From contig JBFKPJ010000001.1 in NCBI GenBank assembly GCA_041628355.1, positions 13,909 to 77,908 of the forward strand: 64,000 bases of DNA, written 5' to 3'. Every line of letters begins with the position of its first letter. Positions within the stretch are counted from its first letter, which is position 1. The notes under the pieces were generated by a model. That model made no database searches. It saw only the letters and a list, made by a program, of their open reading frames with translations, and had not been told where the DNA came from. Made by a program: the position numbers and the translations under genes. The stretch is from Muriicola sp. GTDB lineage: Bacteria > Bacteroidota > Bacteroidia > Flavobacteriales > Flavobacteriaceae. This document shows, in pieces, positions 22,313 to 30,221 of the stretch.

Positions 22313-23395
22313 ATGGTAAAAAAAATCAATATGGCGAGATTCGTTAAAAAGGCAAAACAGGATATAGGTCTGGCACCGGATGACCTCATTTTTCGGGGGA
22401 AGAAAAAGGCCAACGAGGTACTGCTTCGCATTATAGACTTCAACGAGGATACCCTGGAGGAAGATGCTGTACAACTGGTTCGGGACGTGCTCAAATACAA
22501 GGAAAAGGATACGGTTACCTGGCTGAATGTGGACGGGCTTCACAATGAAGCCATCATGAAAGAGATCGCCGAGACCCTTGACCTGGACACGCTGGTCCTT
22601 GCGGAGGTCATGCAAACCCAGGCCAGGCCCAGGGTAATAGAATATGACAACTGCATCCTGATCACCATCAAGATGATGCAGCAGAGAGAGGACTCGCACC
22701 AGATCATCGTGGAAAACCTGAGCATCATCCTTACCGAGGATATGCTCATCTCCTTCCAGGAACGAAGGGGGGACGTTTTCGAACCGGTCCGTGAGCGCAT
22801 CCGGAAACAAAAGAAAAGGATACGACACGGGGGAACGGATTACCTGGCTTTTGCCCTCCTGGATATCGTGATCGACAATTACCTGTACGTGCTGAGCGTA
22901 CTGGGGGAAAAGATCGAAGCCCTGGAAGATACCCTGGTGGTCAACCCCAATGAAGTGATCATCAACGAGATCAACAAGTACAAGAGGGAACTGAATTTTC
23001 TGCGGAAGAATATCAAACCGGCCAAAGAGATGATCTTTTCCCTGGGAAAACTGGAAACGGAATTTATTGATGAGTCTACCTATGTCCACTTCAAGGAACT
23101 CGAAGACAATATCAGTCAGGCGAATGAAGTATCGGACAGTTACAGGGATATCCTTTCCGACCAGCTCAATATTTACCACACCACGATCAGCAGTAAACTC
23201 AACGACGTGATGAAGGTACTTACCATATTCTCGGTGATCTTCATCCCCCTTACCTTTATCGCCGGGATCTATGGGACCAATTTTGATATTTTACCCGAAC
23301 TGCACTACCAATACAGCTATTTTATCATGCTGGGTGTGATGATCGTGATCGCTTTGGGCATGCTGATCTATTTTAAACGGAATAAATGGCTCTGA
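22313..23395 (+). CDS. corA: Magnesium/cobalt transporter CorA
   Basis: WLNVDGLH, FIPLTFIAGIYGTNF (GTN in place of the usual GMN), PEL, C-terminal KRNKWL. Confidence 0.92.
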   Translation: MVKKINMARFVKKAKQDIGLAPDDLIFRGKKKANEVLLRIIDFNEDTLEEDAVQLVRDVLKYKEKDTVTWLNVDGLHNEAIMKEIAETLDLDTLVLAEVMQTQARPRVIEYDNCILITIKMMQQREDSHQIIVENLSIILTEDMLISFQERRGDVFEPVRERIRKQKKRIRHGGTDYLAFALLDIVIDNYLYVLSVLGEKIEALEDTLVVNPNEVIINEINKYKRELNFLRKNIKPAKEMIFSLGKLETEFIDESTYVHFKELEDNISQANEVSDSYRDILSDQLNIYHTTISSKLNDVMKVLTIFSVIFIPLTFIAGIYGTNFDILPELHYQYSYFIMLGVMIVIALGMLIYFKRNKWL

Positions 23396-23435
23396 CCTCG
23401 GCTTGCCTTAGATGCCAAGAAGATCTCGAAGTCAT

Positions 23436-23471
23436 GAAAAAAAAACCGCCGATGCACCTGCACCGACGGTT
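23436..23471 (-). terminator. Intrinsic terminator of the fasciclin gene
   Basis: Minus strand AACCGTCGGTGCAGGTGCATCGGCGGTTTTTTTTT. Confidence 0.8.
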
Positions 23472-23515
23472 CCACTAAAAAACCAACCAAACAACTAACT
23501 AAACTGGAAATGAAT

Positions 23516-24094
23516 CTACATCACCGGTAATACTACCGTATCGACCACGTGGATCACCCCATTGGACTGATTCACGTCGCTGATAGATACCGTGGAAATA
23601 TTTCCGGCAACATCCTTTAACTGAACTTTTTGCCCTTTGAGCATGGCGGTCAGGGTAGCCCCATTCACCGTGGAGAATGTAGCCTTTCCGTTCCCTTCTT
23701 TAATAGCCTTTACAATATCAGCTGCATTGTACTTCCCCGCCAGTACATGGTAGGTAAGGACAGCCTGCAGAGTCGGCTTGTTTTTTGGTTCCAGGAGGGA
23801 GGCAACAGTTCCTTCAGGTAATTTATTAAATGCCTCGTTGGTTGGAGCAAAAACGGTAAAGGGGCCGTCTCCCTGAAGTGTTTCTACCAGTCCGGCAGCC
23901 TTGACAGCGGCCACAAGGGTAGTGTGATCCTTGGAGTTAACCGCGTTGGAAATAATATCCTTGCTGGGATACATAGCGGCACCCCCGACCATCTTTGTCT
24001 TTTGATCCATCATGGGTTTTTGGGCCATCAGGGAGGTGGCAGAAAATAGGATTACCGCAAGAGAAGCGATTCTGAACATTTTACGTGTCTTCAT
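23516..24094 (-). CDS. Secreted fasciclin (FAS1) domain protein
   Basis: MVGGAAMYPSK, GPFTVFAPTNEAF, LTYHV, NGVIHVVDTVVLP. Confidence 0.95.
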   Translation of the reverse strand: MKTRKMFRIASLAVILFSATSLMAQKPMMDQKTKMVGGAAMYPSKDIISNAVNSKDHTTLVAAVKAAGLVETLQGDGPFTVFAPTNEAFNKLPEGTVASLLEPKNKPTLQAVLTYHVLAGKYNAADIVKAIKEGNGKATFSTVNGATLTAMLKGQKVQLKDVAGNISTVSISDVNQSNGVIHVVDTVVLPVM

Positions 24095-24126
24095 AATTAT
24101 TTCTTTATTTTAGGATTTACCTTACC

Positions 24127-24151
24127 TACGGAAGGTTTCTGCCAGAGGTTT
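24127..24151 (-). promoter_or_regulatory. Possible ECF-sigma promoter of the fasciclin gene
   Basis: Minus strand AAACC-N16-CGTA, about 30 nt upstream of the ATG. Confidence 0.45.
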
Positions 24152-24209
24152 GGTTTTTTGTTCCCTTTTTAAAAAATTTAACATTTGCGTCTGCAATACT
24201 GCATTGATC

Positions 24210-24644
24210 ATGAAAAAATCGGACCCCCCTATTCTTGTGGAGGCTTCCTTTGAAAGGAGCGCGGCCTCTCTCTGGAAGGCCCTTACCTATCTTCCCGAGA
24301 TGAAAAAATGGTACTTTGAGATGCTTCCGGCCTTTGAGGCCAAAGCGGGATTCAAGACCGCATTTAAAGTGCAATCTGAAGACCGGCAATTCACCCATCA
24401 GTGGGAAGTGCTCGAAGCAGAGCAAGGATCGAAGATTACCTATCGCTGGACCTTTGCGGAATATCCGGGGGCCTCTACTTCCACTTTTGAAGTAACCGGG
24501 GATGAGAATCGGGCCCATCTCCTGCTTACTGTACTTGTTCAGGAAGACTTCCCGGATGACATCCCGGAATTCAGGCGGGAAAGTTGTATCGGCGGATGGG
24601 ATTATTTCATTCACGGGAACCTGAAGAATTACATGTCTGCCTAA
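24210..24644 (+). CDS. SRPBCC/AHSA1 domain protein
   Basis: LWKALT..EMKKWYF, ITYRW, C-terminal GGWDYF helix. Confidence 0.88.
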   Translation: MKKSDPPILVEASFERSAASLWKALTYLPEMKKWYFEMLPAFEAKAGFKTAFKVQSEDRQFTHQWEVLEAEQGSKITYRWTFAEYPGASTSTFEVTGDENRAHLLLTVLVQEDFPDDIPEFRRESCIGGWDYFIHGNLKNYMSA

Positions 24645-24660
24645 TCCCCAAAAGCGACTT

Positions 24661-25818
24661 ATGCAGCGAAATAAAGTCCTACTCTTCATTGTATTGTCCC
24701 AATTCTTCTGCACCTCCCTTTGGTTTGCCGGGAACGGAGTGCTGGATAACCTCATCTTCGAGTACCGCCTTACCAAACAGGCTCTCGGCCATCTCACCTC
24801 TGCTGTACAGGTAGGGTTTATCACCGGAACCCTGGTCTTTGCTGTGATGACCATCGCCGACCGATATTCCCCTTCCAGGGTCTTTTTCTTTTCGGCCCTT
24901 TTCGCAGGAGTCAGCAATCTGGGCCTGATGTGGGAAGGAAATACATTGCTGACCCTGTTCGCCTCCAGGTTGTTCACAGGGTTTTTCCTGGCCGGCATCT
25001 ATCCGGTAGGCATGAAGATCGCCGCCGATTATTTTGAAAAAGGCCTGGGCCGGTCCCTCTCCTTTCTTGTAGGAGCATTGGTGCTGGGAACGGCCCTGCC
25101 GCATCTGTTGAAGGGATATTTTTTAGGGGCGGATTGGAAATATGTGGTTATCGCGACCTCCATCCTTTCCCTGGCTGGGGGTGCCCTTGTCTGGGCAGGG
25201 ATCCCCGATGGTCCTTATCGGAAGGCCGCAACCGGTTTTAAATGGAATGCCGTGTTCACTGTTTTTGGAAACCGAAATCTGCGGCAGGCGGCAATCGGGT
25301 ACTTTGGGCACATGTGGGAACTGTACGCTTTCTGGGCCTTTATTCCGGTGGCCCTTGTGTACTATCAGGACCTCCATAACCGGAAGCTGGACACCTCTTT
25401 ATGGGCTTTTCTTATCATAGCCATTGGGTCCCTGGGGTGTGTGCTGGGAGGCTTCCTTTCCGAACGATACGGTGTCAGGAGAACGGCCTTTAGGGCCTTG
25501 CTCTTTTCCTGTGTTTGCTGCGTGCTCTCCCCCCTATTGATCTTCCAGCCGGTTCCCTGCCTTTTCCTCGCTTTCTATCTTCTGTGGGGTATGGCAGTGA
25601 TCGCAGATTCTCCATTGTTCTCCACCCTGGTGGCACATAATGCTGCCGGTCCCCTGAAAGGGTCGGCTCTCACCATGGTGAATTGCATAGGGTTCGGGAT
25701 CACCATCCTGAGCATCCAGTTGCTCAACTCACTTCAGGATCTCATGACACCCGCCTGGATCTTCACGGTCCTGGCCCCGGGGCCCGTGATGGGCCTCCTT
25801 GCCCTGAAGAAGAAATAA
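24661..25818 (+). CDS. MFS transporter
   Basis: About 12 TM segments; LAGIYPVGMK, YFGHMWELYAFW, ADSPLFS. Confidence 0.9.
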   Translation: MQRNKVLLFIVLSQFFCTSLWFAGNGVLDNLIFEYRLTKQALGHLTSAVQVGFITGTLVFAVMTIADRYSPSRVFFFSALFAGVSNLGLMWEGNTLLTLFASRLFTGFFLAGIYPVGMKIAADYFEKGLGRSLSFLVGALVLGTALPHLLKGYFLGADWKYVVIATSILSLAGGALVWAGIPDGPYRKAATGFKWNAVFTVFGNRNLRQAAIGYFGHMWELYAFWAFIPVALVYYQDLHNRKLDTSLWAFLIIAIGSLGCVLGGFLSERYGVRRTAFRALLFSCVCCVLSPLLIFQPVPCLFLAFYLLWGMAVIADSPLFSTLVAHNAAGPLKGSALTMVNCIGFGITILSIQLLNSLQDLMTPAWIFTVLAPGPVMGLLALKKK

Positions 25819-25865
25819 TAGGGTACCCTGTACCGGCGCGCCCGGAGATGGTATTTCAGATAATT

Positions 25866-27437
25866 CTACTTGGCCACATTCACAGCCCTGGTTTCCCGTA
25901 TCACGGTTACTTTCACCTGACCGGGATAGGTCATGTCTGTCTGGATCTTCTGGGAGATCTCAAAAGAAAGCTGGGCCGCTTTTTCATCACTTACCTTTTC
26001 ACTTTCGACAATAACCCGCAATTCCCGGCCTGCCTGGATAGCATAAGCCTTTTGTACCCCACCGAATCCAAAGGCGATGTCCTCCAGGTCCTTCAGCCGC
26101 TGAATGTAGGAATCCAGCACCTGTCGCCTCGCCCCCGGCCTGGCACCGCTGATGGCGTCACACACCTGAATAATAGGAGAGATCAGGGTGTTCATTTCAA
26201 TTTCGTCATGGTGTGCCCCAATCGCGTTACACACTTCTGGTTTCTCCCCGTATTTCTCTGCCCATTGCATCCCCAGGATGGCATGGGGCGTTTCCAGTTC
26301 AGTCTCTGTATTGGGGACCTTCCCGATATCATGGAGCAAGCCTGCCCGCTTCGCGAGCTTGGGGTTGAGCCCCAGCTCAGCCGCCATAACCCCGCAAAGT
26401 TTGGCAACCTCCCTGGAGTGCTGCAAGAGGTTCTGGCCGTAGGACGAACGGTATTTCATCCGTCCGACCGCCTTGATCAGTTCCGGGTGAAGTCCGTGTA
26501 TGCCGAGATCGATCACGGTGCGTTTCCCAATCTCCACGATCTCCTGCTCGATCTGTTTCTCTGTTTTCCTCACCACTTCCTCTATGCGCGCCGGGTGAAT
26601 ACGGCCATCGGTCACCAGCTTGTGGAGGGACAGCCTGGCTACCTCCCTGCGTACGGAATCAAAACACGACAGGATGATGGCTTCAGGAGTATCATCCACG
26701 ATAATCTCTACCCCGGTGACGGATTCAAGGGCCCTGATGTTGCGCCCTTCACGGCCGATGATCCGACCTTTGACGTCATCAGATTCCAGGTTAAAGACAG
26801 AGACACAATTCTCCACAGCCTCTTCCGTACCGATCCTCTGGATGGTATTGATCACGATCTTCTTGGCCTCTTGCTGGGCGGTCAGTTTTGCTTCTTCCAG
26901 GGTAGACTGCATAAACGCCATAGCGTCAGACTTGGCGGTCTCTTTCAAAGACTCCAGCAACTGGTTTGTCGCCTCCTCGGCAGACAAGCCTGAGATCACC
27001 TCGAGTTGCTGTACCTGGCTCTTGTGCAGTTTCTCCACCTCGGTCTGTTTCTTTTCATACAATTCCACCTTGTGGTCCAGGTCCCTGATCTTGCCCTCGA
27101 GTTGTTCGTTGAGTTTTTTATTCCTGGCCAGTTCACTGCTCACCTGGGATTCTTTGTCCCTGGTGCGCTTTTCAGATTCCGAGATCTTCTTTTCCTTGTT
27201 GATGATGACCTTCTCGTGCTCTGCCTTCAATTCCAGGAATTTCTCTTTCGCCTGGAAGATCTTGTCCTTTTTGATGTTCTCTCCTTCAGCTTCCGCATTC
27301 TTCAAGAGGGCGGCCGCCTCTTTCTTGGCATTGGCCAGTGTTTTGGATGCTTTTCCCTTCTCCAGGAATTTGGCGATGGCAAAGCCTATGATCAGGCCTA
27401 AGGCACCCGTGATGAGTATTATTGTTGTAGTGTCCAT
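25866..27437 (-). CDS. rny: Ribonuclease Y
   Basis: N-terminal TM, coiled coil, KH ([13 protein letters not shown]), HD domain (LLHDIGK), SGARPGAR. Confidence 0.97.
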   Translation of the reverse strand: MDTTTIILITGALGLIIGFAIAKFLEKGKASKTLANAKKEAAALLKNAEAEGENIKKDKIFQAKEKFLELKAEHEKVIINKEKKISESEKRTRDKESQVSSELARNKKLNEQLEGKIRDLDHKVELYEKKQTEVEKLHKSQVQQLEVISGLSAEEATNQLLESLKETAKSDAMAFMQSTLEEAKLTAQQEAKKIVINTIQRIGTEEAVENCVSVFNLESDDVKGRIIGREGRNIRALESVTGVEIIVDDTPEAIILSCFDSVRREVARLSLHKLVTDGRIHPARIEEVVRKTEKQIEQEIVEIGKRTVIDLGIHGLHPELIKAVGRMKYRSSYGQNLLQHSREVAKLCGVMAAELGLNPKLAKRAGLLHDIGKVPNTETELETPHAILGMQWAEKYGEKPEVCNAIGAHHDEIEMNTLISPIIQVCDAISGARPGARRQVLDSYIQRLKDLEDIAFGFGGVQKAYAIQAGRELRVIVESEKVSDEKAAQLSFEISQKIQTDMTYPGQVKVTVIRETRAVNVAK

Positions 27438-27555
27438 GAGTTAGTTTTGTTTTGGGAGGGAACGCTCCCTCCGAAATATGAAATGGATGATCCAGCCGAT
27501 CTGTATCTGCCGGTCCTCCCGTGGTTCTCATTCCATTCCGAAATGACGAATGGAA

Positions 27556-27727
27556 ATAAAAAAGCCCACATTGATGGAAGTTTTGTACAAACTCCTATAA
27601 ACAGGTTTAGGGCTAACAGACTGCTCAAGGATCCTTTCAGGAAGGCCTGCTTTTACAATCTAAACTCACCCTTTTTAAACTAATTAATGTTGAGTTTGTC
27701 AAAATTTATTTACCAATGTGGGCAGTA
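27556..27727 (-). ncRNA. ssrS: 6S RNA (Flavobacteria type)
   Basis: Long imperfect hairpin closed by GCCCACATTG (27564-27573) / CAATGTGGGC (27714-27723), inner pairs such as ACAAACTC/GAGTTTGT around an AT-rich bubble, 3' U-tract; sits in the zapA-ssrS-rny synteny. Confidence 0.85.
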
Positions 27728-27747
27728 AATTATGTATGTTAAAGAAC

Positions 27748-28044
27748 TTATTTAAAGCCGAGCTTTTCATTGACCAGCTGGTCCAGCGCCGTCAGTCGTT
27801 CCACGACCTCCCGGGTATCTTCCATCCTGTCAATGCCGCGTTGTTCAATCTTGGAGGCAAACTGCAAGGCACACATGGCCAGTACATCCTGCTTGTCTCT
27901 TACAGCGTAATTCTGCTCAAATTTTTTGGCGAGCTGTTCGATGTTCTTCGCTGCTTTTCGCAGGCCTTCTTCCTGACTTGGATCAATGGTCAGGGGATAA
28001 ACACGGTCCGCGATTGACAGCTTGATCTTTAGTTTCTCCGCCAT
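27748..28044 (-). CDS. zapA: Cell division protein ZapA
   Basis: IKLSIADRVYPL...EEGLRKAAK...DKQDVLAMCALQFA. Confidence 0.92.
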   Translation of the reverse strand: MAEKLKIKLSIADRVYPLTIDPSQEEGLRKAAKNIEQLAKKFEQNYAVRDKQDVLAMCALQFASKIEQRGIDRMEDTREVVERLTALDQLVNEKLGFK

Positions 28045-28056
28045 ATTTTGAGTCCA

Positions 28057-28347
28057 TTATTCAGCGAGCTGAGAGATGCAATGGTCCAACTCCCTGATCA
28101 ATGTATTTATTTTGAGCTTGGCTTCTGTTTTATTTGTTTCACTGCCCAGCATTGAATTTGCCAGCTTAAGGGATTCGTATCTCTCCTCCCATTCTTGAAC
28201 GGATTTCTTTGTGGCCTCGTGATCCTGCTTGATCTGGATCAATTCTTCCTCCAGTCTTCCTTTAGCTTGATTGAGCAATTCCACCTTGTGCAATAGCTTA
28301 CTGATCTTATTTTCAAGGGAATCAACTATATCAACCAATTCGCTCAT
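28057..28347 (-). CDS. ZapB-like coiled-coil protein
   Basis: All coiled coil, ending AKLKINTLIRELDHCISQL; directly upstream of zapA; -7 element (CAAAGTTA on +) at 28369-28376. Confidence 0.75.
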   Translation of the reverse strand: MSELVDIVDSLENKISKLLHKVELLNQAKGRLEEELIQIKQDHEATKKSVQEWEERYESLKLANSMLGSETNKTEAKLKINTLIRELDHCISQLAE

Positions 28348-28525
28348 GGGCAACCCAATGCTTTCAAACAAAGTTAACATTCCTGGGACGACTTCGCAAT
28401 AGTTTTTCCATTTATTCCATCAGTCTCCCGTCGATGTGGACCCTGAGGGCGATTCGTTGGACTTCAGGCTCAGTTTTATTTTAAAGTTATTGCGCTATTA
28501 ATTAATTTCGTGCCAACCCTAGTCT

Positions 28526-30217
28526 ATGAAGAAGAGTATTTTCCTGCTTTCCATTATTTTGATTCAGAATGTCTTAGGGCAGGAGAACTATCCCAGGGAT
28601 GCCTTCAGGTCGCCCCTGGACATTCCCCTGATCCTCGCAGGAACATTCGGGGAACTGCGTTCCAATCATTTTCATTCCGGCATCGATATCAAAACGCAGC
28701 AACGCCAGGGCCTCCCGGTCTTCGCGATAGCAGATGGCACCATAACAAGGATCAAAGTATCCCATTGGGGATACGGCAAGGCCCTTTATATTGCACATCC
28801 CAACGGATATACTTCTGTCTATGCCCACCTGCAGAAATTCAGTCCTGAAATCGAAGCCTTTGTAAAAGAGACCCAGTATCGCAACCGCTCCTATGAGATC
28901 GAGGTCTTCCCGGAATACGGGCAGCTCAGGGTGAGCAAGGATTCCCTGGTAGCTTACACGGGAAATACAGGGGGTTCTTCAGGTCCCCACCTTCATTTTG
29001 AGATCAGGAGCAGCCTTACAGAAAAACCCACCAATCCCCTGCTGTACGGACTGGATGTGCGTGACGCCACCAATCCCACCCTGGAATCCCTGTACGCATA
29101 CCCCCTTTCTACGGATGCCGTGGTCAATCAAAGCGAGGAACGGGTACAACTCTCTTTGAACAGGCAGGGGGATGGTTCTTACCTGGCAGACGAGGTCAGG
29201 GCGATAGGGACCATCGGTTTCGGCGTTGCCGCCTTCGACCGCCAGGACCTCGCGGCCAACCAGAATGGCCTGTACGAACTGGAGCAAAAGGTAAACGGGC
29301 GGATCATTTCTACTTTGGACTTCGACTCCTTCTCTTTTGGCGAGACACGGCTGATCAATACCCTGATCGATTACGAGTACCTTTCTAAATATCGCAGGCG
29401 CATCCAGCGGTGTTTTAAGACCAACGGAAATGATCTCAGCATTTACAGAGATTTGGTCAATGACGGCAAACTGACCGTGTTGCCCGGAATGAACTACACG
29501 GTCGAGATCACCCTTAAGGATCTTGCCGGTAACTCCACCAAGGCTATCATCCCAATTGTGGGAATCAGTGAGACTCCCCAGCAAAAGAAAGAGATTCTCA
29601 AGACCCCGTACTACATCGCCTCCGGCAAACCGAACAATTTTGATCTGGGAAAGGCCAGGCTGTTCTTCCCCCCCAACACGTTTTACGAAGACTTTTACAT
29701 AGACCTCAGGGCTGACCGCGACACGGTAACGGTCCACAACAACAGCGTCCCCGTTCACAAGAACTTCACCCTAACCTTTGATATGGAAGGGTATGATGAG
29801 AGTTTTCTCAGGACTGCTTTTATCGCCCGCCTCGATGATCGCAAGAGGCCCGACTATATGAAGACCTATAAAAGGGGAAATACCTTTACTATCCGTACCC
29901 GGTCCCTGGGCACTTACACCCTGGCCCGGGACACCGTGCCACCCACCATCAGGCCAAAGAATTTCAAGGCGAAACAATGGCTGACCAATTACAGGTACCT
30001 GAGCCTGCTTATCTCCGACGATCTGAGCGGGATAGCTTCCTATGAGGCTACCCTGAATGGGGAATGGATCCTGATGGAATACGAGCCAAAGAACAACACC
30101 ATCACCTATAATTTCGACGACAAGATCCTGGACCAGAAGCAATGCGACCTCAAGGTGGTCGTGACCGACAATGTCGGGAATTCCACTACCTTTACGAGTA
30201 GTTTTTTCAGAAGTTAG
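28526..30217 (+). CDS. M23 family metallopeptidase
   Basis: HFHSGID, YAHL, GPHLHFEIR. Confidence 0.92.
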   Translation: MKKSIFLLSIILIQNVLGQENYPRDAFRSPLDIPLILAGTFGELRSNHFHSGIDIKTQQRQGLPVFAIADGTITRIKVSHWGYGKALYIAHPNGYTSVYAHLQKFSPEIEAFVKETQYRNRSYEIEVFPEYGQLRVSKDSLVAYTGNTGGSSGPHLHFEIRSSLTEKPTNPLLYGLDVRDATNPTLESLYAYPLSTDAVVNQSEERVQLSLNRQGDGSYLADEVRAIGTIGFGVAAFDRQDLAANQNGLYELEQKVNGRIISTLDFDSFSFGETRLINTLIDYEYLSKYRRRIQRCFKTNGNDLSIYRDLVNDGKLTVLPGMNYTVEITLKDLAGNSTKAIIPIVGISETPQQKKEILKTPYYIASGKPNNFDLGKARLFFPPNTFYEDFYIDLRADRDTVTVHNNSVPVHKNFTLTFDMEGYDESFLRTAFIARLDDRKRPDYMKTYKRGNTFTIRTRSLGTYTLARDTVPPTIRPKNFKAKQWLTNYRYLSLLISDDLSGIASYEATLNGEWILMEYEPKNNTITYNFDDKILDQKQCDLKVVVTDNVGNSTTFTSSFFRS

Positions 30218-30221
30218 GCTC

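Noticed and set aside
25683-26993. 436-aa + strand ORF antisense to rny (and similar long antisense ORFs over pyrG, cbpA, corA, recQ, secA)
   Set aside because: Shadow ORFs caused by GC-rich third-codon bias; no recognisable motifs; completely overlap well-supported genes.
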